Notes under the pieces: generated by a model
Seen by the model: only the letters and a program-made list of their open reading frames with translations
The model's database searches: none
Told to the model about the DNA's origin: nothing
Made by a program: the position numbers and the translations under genes
Assembly (NCBI GenBank): GCA_046563655.1
Contig: JAJCTO010000010.1
Coordinates: 930,001 to 994,000 of the forward strand
Length of the DNA: 64,000 nt
Direction: 5' to 3'
Origin: Yuukianura sp. NJ FZ-2021
Taxonomy: Eukaryota
Part shown: positions 9,301 through 17,410 of the stretch, in pieces
Position numbering within the stretch: the stretch's first letter is position 1
Layout of the letters: each line of letters begins with the position of its first letter

Positions 9301-11143
9301 TAATTAAATCATCAATGTATAGTACGTTATGAACCATCAAGGTGTCGCCTAGAACCATATACATACAGCGCGTAAAGGATTGGGGCGCAGTGCTAATTCC
9401 AAATGGAAGGTATTTGAAGGCAAATGTACCTTTAGGTGTACAAAAACCTAAATATTGAATACTATCGTCTGCAACGCGAATTCCCCAATATCCTTTCTGC
9501 AAATCACAGGTTGAATAGAAAGCGTGCCGAGTTTGTAACCATTCTAAAATAGCTTCCACACTAAGCATTGGAAACTCGATGGGAGCAATAATGGAATTGA
9601 GTACAGAGTAGTCGACACAGAAACGATAAGATTTAGTGCCATCGGGCTGAGTATGCCCTGGGACTAACACGGTACGTGAGACGTAATTGGTATTACATGG
9701 TACTATCCGTTGGTGTTTGAGTAATTCGTCAATTTGTTTGTTTTCGAACGCTGTCATTTCTGGCGTTCGCCGAGCTGGTTGGTTTCTGAAAGTATGCGCG
9801 TTAGGGCGAAGAATGACGTGATGTACGTAATTTTTAATTTCACCGATTTCTTTCTGATAAGCAAAAACATCTTTGAACTCAACCAAAAGGTCCTGTAACT
9901 GCACCTTTTGAGTTGAGTCTAAATCTGGGTTAATTCGTGCAATTATACGATTCACATGTTCCTCCATCAATTTTGGTGGTAAGTCGAAAATACTAAAAGT
10001 CGGTAGAGTCTCATCAATCCTTTGCTCGTCCATACTGGGAATGGATTCCGTTGTGGCTGCGTTAAGATTCACCAACGTGGAAAGACCGTGTGGACTCTGT
10101 AACTCACTGGGGAGGTGCGGACCGTCGCGCCAGTGCTCTTCCGTATCCTGGCCGTGGATATCGGAAAAGGTTTCATTGCAAATCGCGTTGCAATCTTCCC
10201 GGGGAATAAACTCTTCGCTGTCTGTCGACAAACACGATTCAGGGACCCTTGTATAAACCATGTTTGAAGTTTCAGCGGTACACTCAAGAAACTCTGTGAT
10301 ATGTGGCTCATGATCATCATCATTGTGGGTCATCATGCTCGTGTTCGGTTCAAAACCATGTAGGTTAGGAGTTACAGATCGACCAGCTGCGGATTCCGTC
10401 GAACCAGCATCCTGGGAGTCACAACCCACATGATTTTTAAAAGGTACCTGAGGGGAACCAGAGCATGGGAAAAAGGGGAACAGCCTGGGCTGTGTAACTT
10501 TCTTGTCAACAATTTTCAACGTAAAAACGGCACATCGGAGTGAAGCTTCGTTATCGCGTAAGGGAATCATTTGTATTATTGTGCCTTTCCAACTGATAAT
10601 TAAACGGTCGAAATCGATTATAACACGTTGGTTTCGTAGGAAATCGTTTCCCAGTAGGACTTGTAGAGCGAAATTTTTTACAACAACCATGGAGTGAAGT
10701 ACCTTTTGTGCATCAATTTGTATAGAAATGTCAGCCATTCCGAGTGAGGACGTAAGGGTGTCACCAATACCTTTCAGCATGACTGTGCGAGCCATCGGCT
10801 GAATACTACTATTGTTAACTAACTGTGAACTAATTACGCTAACTTCTGCCCCTGTATCCAACATTATTTCTGTTTGGTGTTCGTCGGCATAACCACATAC
10901 TTTCAGAAGACCATTCGTCCCCATCTGCAAAACAAACATGGAATTCGTGTCATCGGTTTGGAGAACGGGAGCTGTGTATGTAGTGGAAATTGCGTTGATG
11001 GTCAATGGCTGACTTATGGAGTGTAGCTGGTGTTGAGAGAATTGATCAGTGGGTCGGTAGGGATAGCATTGGGTTTGCGGCTCTGTGGTGATGGAAGGGA
11101 CGGATGGGGGGTGGCCGCATACCCCGTCCCTTGGTTGTTTTTT
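6320..11143 (-). CDS. pol: Ty3/Gypsy Pol polyprotein (PR-RT-RNaseH-IN plus C-terminal extension), entered by -1 frameshift
   Basis: LDTGAEVS protease; RT motifs RFCVDY, DLQKGYW, LPFGISTAP, YIDD; RNase H LYTDAS/KEMYA/TDS; integrase HHCC, SDILGP, TDNGS, AER, GSY. The frame is uninterrupted. Confidence 0.95.
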   Translation of the reverse strand, partial: KKQPRDGVCGHPPSVPSITTEPQTQCYPYRPTDQFSQHQLHSISQPLTINAISTTYTAPVLQTDDTNSMFVLQMGTNGLLKVCGYADEHQTEIMLDTGAEVSVISSQLVNNSSIQPMARTVMLKGIGDTLTSSLGMADISIQIDAQKVLHSMVVVKNFALQVLLGNDFLRNQRVIIDFDRLIISWKGTIIQMIPLRDNEASLRCAVFTLKIVDKKVTQPRLFPFFPCSGSPQVPFKNHVGCDSQDAGSTESAAGRSVTPNLHGFEPNTSMMTHNDDDHEPHITEFLECTAETSNMVYTRVPESCLSTDSEEFIPREDCNAICNETFSDIHGQDTEEHWRDGPHLPSELQSPHGLSTLVNLNAATTESIPSMDEQRIDETLPTFSIFDLPPKLMEEHVNRIIARINPDLDSTQKVQLQDLLVEFKDVFAYQKEIGEIKNYVHHVILRPNAHTFRNQPARRTPEMTAFENKQIDELLKHQRIVPCNTNYVSRTVLVPGHTQPDGTKSYRFCVDYSVLNSIIAPIEFPMLSVEAILEWLQTRHAFYSTCDLQKGYWGIRVADDSIQYLGFCTPKGTFAFKYLPFGISTAPQSFTRCMYMVLGDTLMVHNVLYIDDLIMGSDSWANHLIDLRRTFERLRAYGVKLAIHKCYFGYFEVPLLGLLVNREGIRHNPEKLKAIQQIPYPTTVKKLQRILGSFNWFRRSIPNFSSLTQPLYQLLRKDKPFKLDKIHEDRIDEIKKVLASPPLLHWFDRNRETRLYTDASDIGIGGILIQVTVDDLEVPVAYHSSLLKGRQLDFPAFMKEMYAIVTCCSVFHMYLSDIKFTIITDSLPLVQAKSSLTPAKRWNRDLTKWAVIMMSYTYDLKYRRGRNMDFPDMLSRAPSDALTEDSAILPDALVLVHEIFLTQEGDAKSEWIGQTNSFDWKTLQLADAECTRIKTAWLKNDIHTRARYIIKDDILYDMRQGFSRVYVPVVQRKCILNEVHNNIISGHMGFTKTYQRLSRAYAWPSQKRDLLNHIQACEKCGKMKRHYGKIPGLMGELPVGNYPMECCASDILGPVAASNGFIYIINMVCLLTKYTILAPLKKIRSSDIAKFWENEVFLRFSTPRIIYTDNGSSYTSEFLKAFTQIFGTSIRHVTYYGKTGNSLAERTHSTCHSIIRSFVNDNHSNWSQNLRHVNFCLNTAPLKSLKYHSPHSLMFHQQPTFPYTSPLEIDNRDLYTKQQTFQELWSQIRTAIAEQQRKTQEQANKFRMPVFYKVGDKVRLTYPRQGERGQTTKWVAYYWGSYEVLQKLGPDVYLVKCSTTGRQFKTHVRRMRLISIDDVMETESLEIMVDPEQFLEDILCFDQLIEYIFQIQEWGHTTDILAGSTLPVHFFVLNAQVTDERIPDDQILQLCLTHKLTDIILINSAHPITFNVHKSNNTKVQVTTPEGLFIHQIVNPITLRKYIELRDKLLSTDVLIIGEGWEECFLSILLLSSMHHRMYISVFGGLMHILTQSKHKDRILTFLKTEQYGFQKQARCSGLSASDIALPEDKMENVESDLHKELWSEKGSHAIPMSSESPPPSPILNSSPPDSNPDKSEQQTPESCQLREISRPRRITKPPDRLTYSKF

Positions 11144-12621
11144 GGCTGAGCACGGCAATCTGCATCACTGTGTTTGGTTGACTGATGAAATGAACACCAA
11201 AGGCCATATGCTTCCGGTCGTCGACTCATGCCATTATCGCTGCGATGTCGAGAACAGTTCTGGTCGGAATGCCCACTAGTGTTATGATAGGTGCAAAACT
11301 GTCGCGGCGTGCCTGGGGCCCGACAGTTGCTCGCGATGTGGCCAAGCTGGGAACAGCGGTTGCAGCGGCGACGAGGGCACTGTGCACTAATATGATTGGG
11401 GTCGTTGCATACGTAACACCGCCGAGCTAATCCATTTCCGCGGGCTGGGTTACCCTGCCCACCACCACGGGATCGTAACGGCTTCGAATATCCCCCAACT
11501 CGGGTATTTACCCCGAAGTGTTCAGCAGTGGTGTAATCTGGTGGCGTCGGTTGTGGCTGAAGAGAAGTAGATGTGCCCTCGTTGTGTTGCTTAACAATGT
11601 ATGTATGCATCTCTTCGATGATGCGTCCAAATTTATCCAATTGCTCTGTCTGTCCCGCCAGGACCGCTGGAGCTTGGGTCATAACATTGACATCTTTCTT
11701 GTGTAAAAGTAGCTCATTTGTTTCTTCAATTGATTTCATCGCTTTTAAGAACTCGTCGATACTTTGCGGCTTCTGTGCTCCAAGAGCTGTCAAATTGGAT
11801 GGACGTAAATTGCGGATAAGCCAACGTACTTGGCGGGATTCTGGCATATCTGGGTCCATCTGTCGAAGGACATTGGTCAGATCGTAAGTATATTCCGTAG
11901 CAGATTCGTTCAGATGTTGACGTCTATTAATAACTTTTTGTTCAGCTGACATAGTACTAGTGTTGCCAAATGCTTTGATGAGAGCTTGTTCCACCATGCC
12001 GTAGTCAACTAACAGGGCGGGGGCTGGTGGTGATGTTGAACATCGAGTGGATTCCAAGAACGAAAAAAGCCAAGCTTCGGCAGTACCGGTTAAATGATTA
12101 CTCAGCAAAATCGGCCATTCAGATCGTGGGATTGAGTTCCCGGTCATCGCTAATTGGAACTTGGTGAGGTACCGCATAACATCCTCTCCAGGTTTGCCGC
12201 TGAACGTCGGTACCTTAATTTTATAATGTGTTTTGCCGGAGTCGGACTTAGCTCCGACCGACGTTGACGCTTGGGACATTGTGATTGGAAGATTGTGTAA
12301 ACCTTGGAATGGTGTTGTAGGGAATGGTAATGAAGTGGGGATGTGCGTAGGTGATTTGGGGTCACTGAGGGTGGATGGAAAGGTTACTTGAGGGAGAGGT
12401 AGCGGTGAAGGGATGTAGGGGGGTGGGTTCGAGGGGTTAAGTGAGGTTTGGGAAGTGGCTTTCGGGAGAGGTGGGGCGCTAGGAATAGTAGACGGCAAAA
12501 CTACCCGAGGTTGTAAGTTCAGTTTCCCCTTGTGTTGTGAAAACGCGGGAGTTTGTGATTGTTCGGTGTTAGGATGAGGAGGAGGTGATGGGACAGAGGA
12601 CCGTGTAGTTATCTTGGGCAT
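11014..12621 (-). CDS. gag: Gag with Pro-rich N-terminus, capsid domain and four zinc knuckles
   Basis: Capsid start KVPTFSGKPGEDV; two CCHC knuckles (CYVCNDPNHISAQC, CNRCSQLGHIASNC) and two CHHC knuckles (CTYHNTSGHSDQNC, CSFHQSTKHSDADC). Overlaps pol. Confidence 0.93.
   Translation of the reverse strand: MPKITTRSSVPSPPPHPNTEQSQTPAFSQHKGKLNLQPRVVLPSTIPSAPPLPKATSQTSLNPSNPPPYIPSPLPLPQVTFPSTLSDPKSPTHIPTSLPFPTTPFQGLHNLPITMSQASTSVGAKSDSGKTHYKIKVPTFSGKPGEDVMRYLTKFQLAMTGNSIPRSEWPILLSNHLTGTAEAWLFSFLESTRCSTSPPAPALLVDYGMVEQALIKAFGNTSTMSAEQKVINRRQHLNESATEYTYDLTNVLRQMDPDMPESRQVRWLIRNLRPSNLTALGAQKPQSIDEFLKAMKSIEETNELLLHKKDVNVMTQAPAVLAGQTEQLDKFGRIIEEMHTYIVKQHNEGTSTSLQPQPTPPDYTTAEHFGVNTRVGGYSKPLRSRGGGQGNPARGNGLARRCYVCNDPNHISAQCPRRRCNRCSQLGHIASNCRAPGTPRQFCTYHNTSGHSDQNCSRHRSDNGMSRRPEAYGLWCSFHQSTKHSDADCRAQPKNNQGTGYAATPHPSLPSPQSRKPNAIPTDPLINSLNTSYTP
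11095..11143 (-). promoter_or_regulatory. -1 programmed ribosomal frameshift signal
   Basis: A AAA AAC heptamer (11143-11137) in the gag frame, followed by a 9-bp stem AAGGGACGG/CCGTCCCTT. Pol is in the -1 frame. Confidence 0.88.
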
Positions 12622-12800
12622 AATCCACCCAGAACCATAAGAAATCGGTAATATTATCGCTTACCCTCAAGAGGACTTACTGTTGAGCACTCCTGTGAGT
12701 GGTGATCGTGTATCGGTGGAGATGGGCACTGCGCTGCGGAGTTGGATGAGTCCGAACTGGTAATGATGATGAGTTGTTGCCCGAGAGGGAAGAAGTGGAC

Positions 12801-12838
12801 GACTGTGGCGTCGTACTTCAGATTTACCTGACTTTATA
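12801..12838 (-). promoter_or_regulatory. Candidate internal core promoter upstream of gag
   Basis: Minus-strand TATAAA (12838-12833) about 30 nt before an Inr-like ACAGTC. Donor-like GTAAG sites follow at 12680 and 12664. Confidence 0.35.
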
Positions 12839-13114
12839 CGAGCATGCCTTCATTGTTGTTTCTCCCTGCCAGGAGTCACGTCAACGGTAGGGCGATGCTC
12901 GAAGGGTGAGCATAGGTCTTCTGGAGGGAGTGGACAATTGATATGACTTTAAACCCGTCTGTCTCAAAATATAGAATAAATGAGAGGCCGCTTTCATGGA
13001 GTTGATGTATCAAAACGTCACTCAATATTTTAGTGTGGATGTAAAGTGCTATTTTGTGCATGAGCTGTGATCAAAAATTGGGTTGGCAAGTTGACCATTA
13101 AATTGCGCCAAAAT

Positions 13115-13164
13115 CTAGGTTGGGTTAGGTTAGAATAGGTTAGGCTAGGTTAGGTTAGGTTAGG
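13115..13164 (+). repeat. Short degenerate (TTAGG)n tract
   Basis: ctaggttgggttaggttagaataggttaggctaggttaggttaggttaggg; TTAGG is the common arthropod telomeric repeat. Confidence 0.7.
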
Positions 13165-14004
13165 GTAATCCCATTACGACCTTGCCTAATGTTCCAGTTT
13201 TGAGCCCCAAAATAGTGCACTGAATTGATGTTCGTAGTTTGTGGAGTAAAATAGGTTAGGTTCCTAAAGATGCACCTAATATATTGTCGGTGTTGCCATG
13301 GCAATGTAGTATTAGCGAAAAGAGCGTAAATCAACCGGCATCAAATCAGTGATATCGAACTGAGATTTGTGCATGATCAACAAATGTGAACACTGAGCAG
13401 GATGGGTCGAATATGCCTTCTTTTAAATCGAAAACTCTCATTCAGGATACCATTCTCAACCGCTGATTCACCTTTCCCCCCGGAAACAACTGTCTCACGT
13501 TCTCAATATCAATAATCTCAATAACAGTCAACGAACCCTAATCTTTAACTCTACTTCAACCGTATTTCACCGTATTTCCAATTTCTAAATTCTAAATTCC
13601 AAATTCCAATTCCAAATTCCACTTCACCCTAAATCTAAACTAAATGTAAACGAAGCTGTAACTTGATAGGGCAATTGCCAATGTCAACTAAACTAATGGA
13701 TTGATTGATTAAGTCGAAGACGGTTCAGGAAGAAGCACAGTGTGTTAAACTAAGTGCATAAGTTAATCAGTCGAAAATCGCTTGTTTATAATGATGTCAT
13801 GCAAAGGTAAATGTTGACTCTGCTGGACTCTGTTGACATATTATGAATTTAAGTCAGCATTTCTCCCCTCTGAACAGGCTGAATTTAACAACGTAATTAG
13901 ACTAGTCTATAGTATAACTTAAACTAGTATAAATTGAACCGCTACCTAACTGTCAGAAAATGACCCGATCAGAACTCCGTTGGTCATAAACACTTCAAGG
14001 GAAG

Positions 14005-14263
14005 GCGAAACCAAAACTGTTTTGCGAAGCCACGATACTGCGGTTACGTAAAGTAGCCGCCAACTTCTACGTTGTTAGTTTAGTACTTTGAGTACAATGG
14101 AGACCTAATGAAAACATTTGAGTCTTAGATAACCCCCCGACTGCGATGGGGCTTATGGTTCATTGAAAAGGGTCTGAAACAATGTTACGGACAGACGGAC
14201 AGACAAAGTCGTATCAATAGTCCTCTTCAGCACGTCTACGACGTGCGTCTCCAGGAGACCAAA
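14005..14263 (-). mobile_element. Possible non-autonomous Helentron/DINE-like (HINE) fragment
   Basis: Minus strand starts TTTTGGTCTCC, then a hairpin GCACGTC-gta-GACGTGC and a GTCTGTCCGTCTGTCC microsatellite. Boundaries are uncertain. Confidence 0.35.
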
Positions 14264-15613
14264 AGCAAAATGCCCAAGTCAACGTTTATGTATCTCTTGT
14301 AATCATAAGTGTGCCTCATGCAGGAAATTAGGCGTTGAGTGCGTATTAAAGCCATGTATGTTCGGCGTGCGACCATTTTTCGAGAGTGAAGTTGAACTGC
14401 GGGTGTCAGCAGGGCGGAAGGTGCTGATGTGGAAAATGGGAGACGTGGAAGAACACGCATCTCCCAGCAGGTGCACGAGGTGGGGATCCAAGTGCCAGTG
14501 AGGCCCCGAGCGTGGGTCGGAATACGATTTAGGTCAAGCGTCTGCGACACGCGGGGCAGAGTGCGATTTTGGCTGTGCGACGTCGGTGCGTGGTTGCGAC
14601 CACCGCACGCGGAAGCGGGTGCGATCTTGGCCATGCGGCCACGGTACTCGAGGGTATGGCGTGATACTTATTGTAAGTTAACAAAGCAAAAATACCCCTC
14701 ACCAAGCTGGGCTTATACAAGCAAATCTAAGGCGGATTTAAGTCAGAATAAACACCCTCAAAACAGGCGGAGTTGAAGATCAGAGTTACAATGGCCATCA
14801 GAAAATGAGGATCTCGAGACAACTGGGTTGTTTCTCAAAAATATGTGGAGTATAATGTTGAACTATGCGGCGAAATGAGAAGTCAGTAACGCTAAGCCGC
14901 CGTCCCCTACTACGTTGTAGAGTGAATGATTTGAGTGCAAAGTTACATCCCTAGGCTGCTGCATTAAATCCTTACTTAAGGAAGCCAATTAGTAAAATAA
15001 AACCAGGTTGAGATTAACAAGAAGGCGGGATGCGTCGGACGTGAGGTGGTGCGTGGTGTGCCGTGTTGTGTCGTTTGCGAGTAGGCACCCCCCATGGTAT
15101 TTACATGCGACAACGAGCGTAGTGTAAATCAGAGGAATAGTGGAGACAGCTGCATCCAGATAAGCAAGAGGTAGCAATTTAAATGCAAGTTAAAGGATGT
15201 ACTGTCGTTATCGTGAAACCATGACCCTCAGTCACACAGTGGGCGATATAAGATTGTGGTTATGCAGAAGAATCTGTCGTTATCAACAGGATGACCCAGG
15301 GTAAGGTTCATGTTGAAGAGACACTCATTTAAGCGGAAATCAAGGCAAGTGGTTTGAATGGTTTTATCTTTCCTGTGATATTGTAGCCCCATTGGAATTC
15401 GAGAGCGAAAGGAAACAATGTTCGTGGCAGTCGGAACTGATATGTGGGCATGACGTAATGGATTTTATTCTAATTATGGGAAGAAGCATAAATCGATACG
15501 GGAAAGGCTAAAATTAGCATATTTATAACCACTCGTAGGTATTAAGAGCATGGTGCACAAAACTGGAAGATGAAGACTGTAAGGACGACTGGGATAGGAA
15601 AGGGTAGGTCACA

Positions 15614-17410
15614 TTAAATTCGGGGGCATTTGATCATCCGGTCACAAATTTGGCCCTCGATTACCCGTTTTAATACCGGCCTCGATGCGGTTGCTACCTG
15701 GTACCGCTCGAGGCGGTGTCTGTCCGCTTGGGAAAGCGGAGGTTGCAGATGGTTCAATTTAACGACTGCGTGTGGCATGCTGCGTTTGATCATTTGCGCT
15801 CCTTTAACAGTTAGTTGAGCACAGAAAATGGTTTCGAAGTAAGAAAGGTTGAGTCGAGTCGCGAGGGTAACAAGGCTTAAAGAAGAGAATCCATAACCTT
15901 TTAAAGTCAAATGACATAGCTGGGGACAATCTAACAGTCCAAAGTAAATGGCACAACTAGTCAGAAACTTGGAGCTCAAATACAGTTCCTTCAGTTGCAG
16001 GAGCTGGGAGAGTCGAGGGTTGTATTTATGTCGGTCTAATGAGTAAATTTGTCCGTCTGTCATGAGTTCCAGGGCGGTCTGCATCAGCTTCTGGTCGGTT
16101 CCAGTTATAGCTTCATCATCATAAAGGCCATCATTGGCTATCAGCGTGGTTAAATTAGGAAGGGACGTAATCACTGCTCGGAAGGCCTTGTTGGTCAAAA
16201 ACCGGATATTCAATGTGCGCAGGTTAGGAAACCAGGAGCCCCAGGTGCGTATAACGATTGGAAGAACCTTGTATTCGGGTTCAATTTGATCAATAAGTAG
16301 ACTGTGCAATGATATGTTGGGAGTTGGGGGATCACGGGAGTAGAAATGATTGCTTAGGTTACGCGCCTTCCGAAGTGTGAGAGAAAGCAAATTAGGGATT
16401 CGATGTATAAATTCCAGTACGTAGAGAGGGTGATAAGAAATGAATTCGAGGGAGGTGAGGTGAGTGAAATTTTGAAGATATTTAAAATGTTCTAGCCTGC
16501 TAACATTAGCTCCGGTTTGATAGTCGACAGCATATGTGAAGTCCATTATTAGTGTCGTCAGAGTGTGACAGTAACTATTGACAAGTGTGTGAATGGAGAA
16601 AGCCGATTGCCTTTGTGTTATTACCCAACTTAATTTAGTTAGTGGGAAGGATCGGTGCTTGAGTTGGTCCGGGTGTGTCCAAGGGTGGAATGGTAAATCA
16701 AGGTGCTGGAGGCGTGGAAAGTAGTGGTCTTCCATACTTAAAACAGCGTCGAGGATAGGTGATGTGTTGGCAGAAGCTCGTATTGGCTCCTCCACGATAT
16801 GGCCGAAGAGATCCGTATGCGTTGGCTGGTATGGATTTGTGGAAAGGAATTCCACATTGGGCATAGAAGAGAAGAGGAAATGAAGGAAATTGGTTTGTTG
16901 GGTCCGTTGGATTAGAGTAAAAATTGTATCATAATCTAACGTAATACGTACAGTGTGAACCTTATTTAAAATTCTTCCAGATGTCGGCACTTTGGTTTTA
17001 AAGATATTAGGTGTAGGGAGAGTGCCGAGTGTGAATGATAGTTTGGTTAAATTAGGCAAAAAGTGAAAAGCTAAAGTTGGTATTAAGACAGTCCACGTGG
17101 GCTTAACGAGATCCAATGTTGTAACATGGATGCCGATGGTTTGGGCCAGGCTGATTTCGAAGCGTAAGCCAGACAAGAACCGGAGGTTGCAGGGTCTCGG
17201 GTGGGTACGTAGGAGGTCACGTGCTTGGTCCTCATTACTAATGCAAATGGGGTGGGCTCGCCTACTCAAGACGCGACTAACTTCCTTATTCCAGAGCTTC
17301 GAAACTTGCCGGCATGATTTTAACTCGGCCATGGAAAAGTACATCAGTAGTATTTCCAACATCTCTGGAACCCGGAGGGGGTTTGTTTTTCCTTTATGTA
17401 CCACTTTCAT
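15614..17410 (-). CDS. F-box / leucine-rich-repeat protein (598 aa, intronless CDS)
   Basis: N-terminal F-box (NPLRVPEMLEILLMYFSMAELKSCRQVSKLWNKEV) followed by many LxxLxxLxL repeats (LPNLTKLSF, FPRLQHLDL, FPNLRTLNI, CPQLCHLTL). Acceptor TTTCTACAG just upstream of the ATG. Confidence 0.88.
   Translation of the reverse strand: MKVVHKGKTNPLRVPEMLEILLMYFSMAELKSCRQVSKLWNKEVSRVLSRRAHPICISNEDQARDLLRTHPRPCNLRFLSGLRFEISLAQTIGIHVTTLDLVKPTWTVLIPTLAFHFLPNLTKLSFTLGTLPTPNIFKTKVPTSGRILNKVHTVRITLDYDTIFTLIQRTQQTNFLHFLFSSMPNVEFLSTNPYQPTHTDLFGHIVEEPIRASANTSPILDAVLSMEDHYFPRLQHLDLPFHPWTHPDQLKHRSFPLTKLSWVITQRQSAFSIHTLVNSYCHTLTTLIMDFTYAVDYQTGANVSRLEHFKYLQNFTHLTSLEFISYHPLYVLEFIHRIPNLLSLTLRKARNLSNHFYSRDPPTPNISLHSLLIDQIEPEYKVLPIVIRTWGSWFPNLRTLNIRFLTNKAFRAVITSLPNLTTLIANDGLYDDEAITGTDQKLMQTALELMTDGQIYSLDRHKYNPRLSQLLQLKELYLSSKFLTSCAIYFGLLDCPQLCHLTLKGYGFSSLSLVTLATRLNLSYFETIFCAQLTVKGAQMIKRSMPHAVVKLNHLQPPLSQADRHRLERYQVATASRPVLKRVIEGQICDRMIKCPRI

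Noticed and set aside
91..12365. Many short ORFs antisense to, or nested in, env/pol/gag
   Set aside because: They are shadow frames of long genes with no motifs of their own.
13100..13112. TGGCGCA on the minus strand as a tRNA-Ser PBS for gag
   Set aside because: Only 7 nt match and no LTR-ending CA is adjacent.
13292..13305. RFX X-box-like palindrome GTTGCCATGGCAAT
   Set aside because: A single short motif with no supporting context.
13682..13838. TGTCAAC...GTTGACA as a mini-LTR upstream of gag
   Set aside because: Only 157 bp, no AATAAA, and the following TGGCAATTGCCC matches no tRNA end I recognise. Not fully excluded.
14236..14776. Overlapping GC-rich ORFs on both strands
   Set aside because: No recognisable domain, and one end overlaps the HINE-like fragment.
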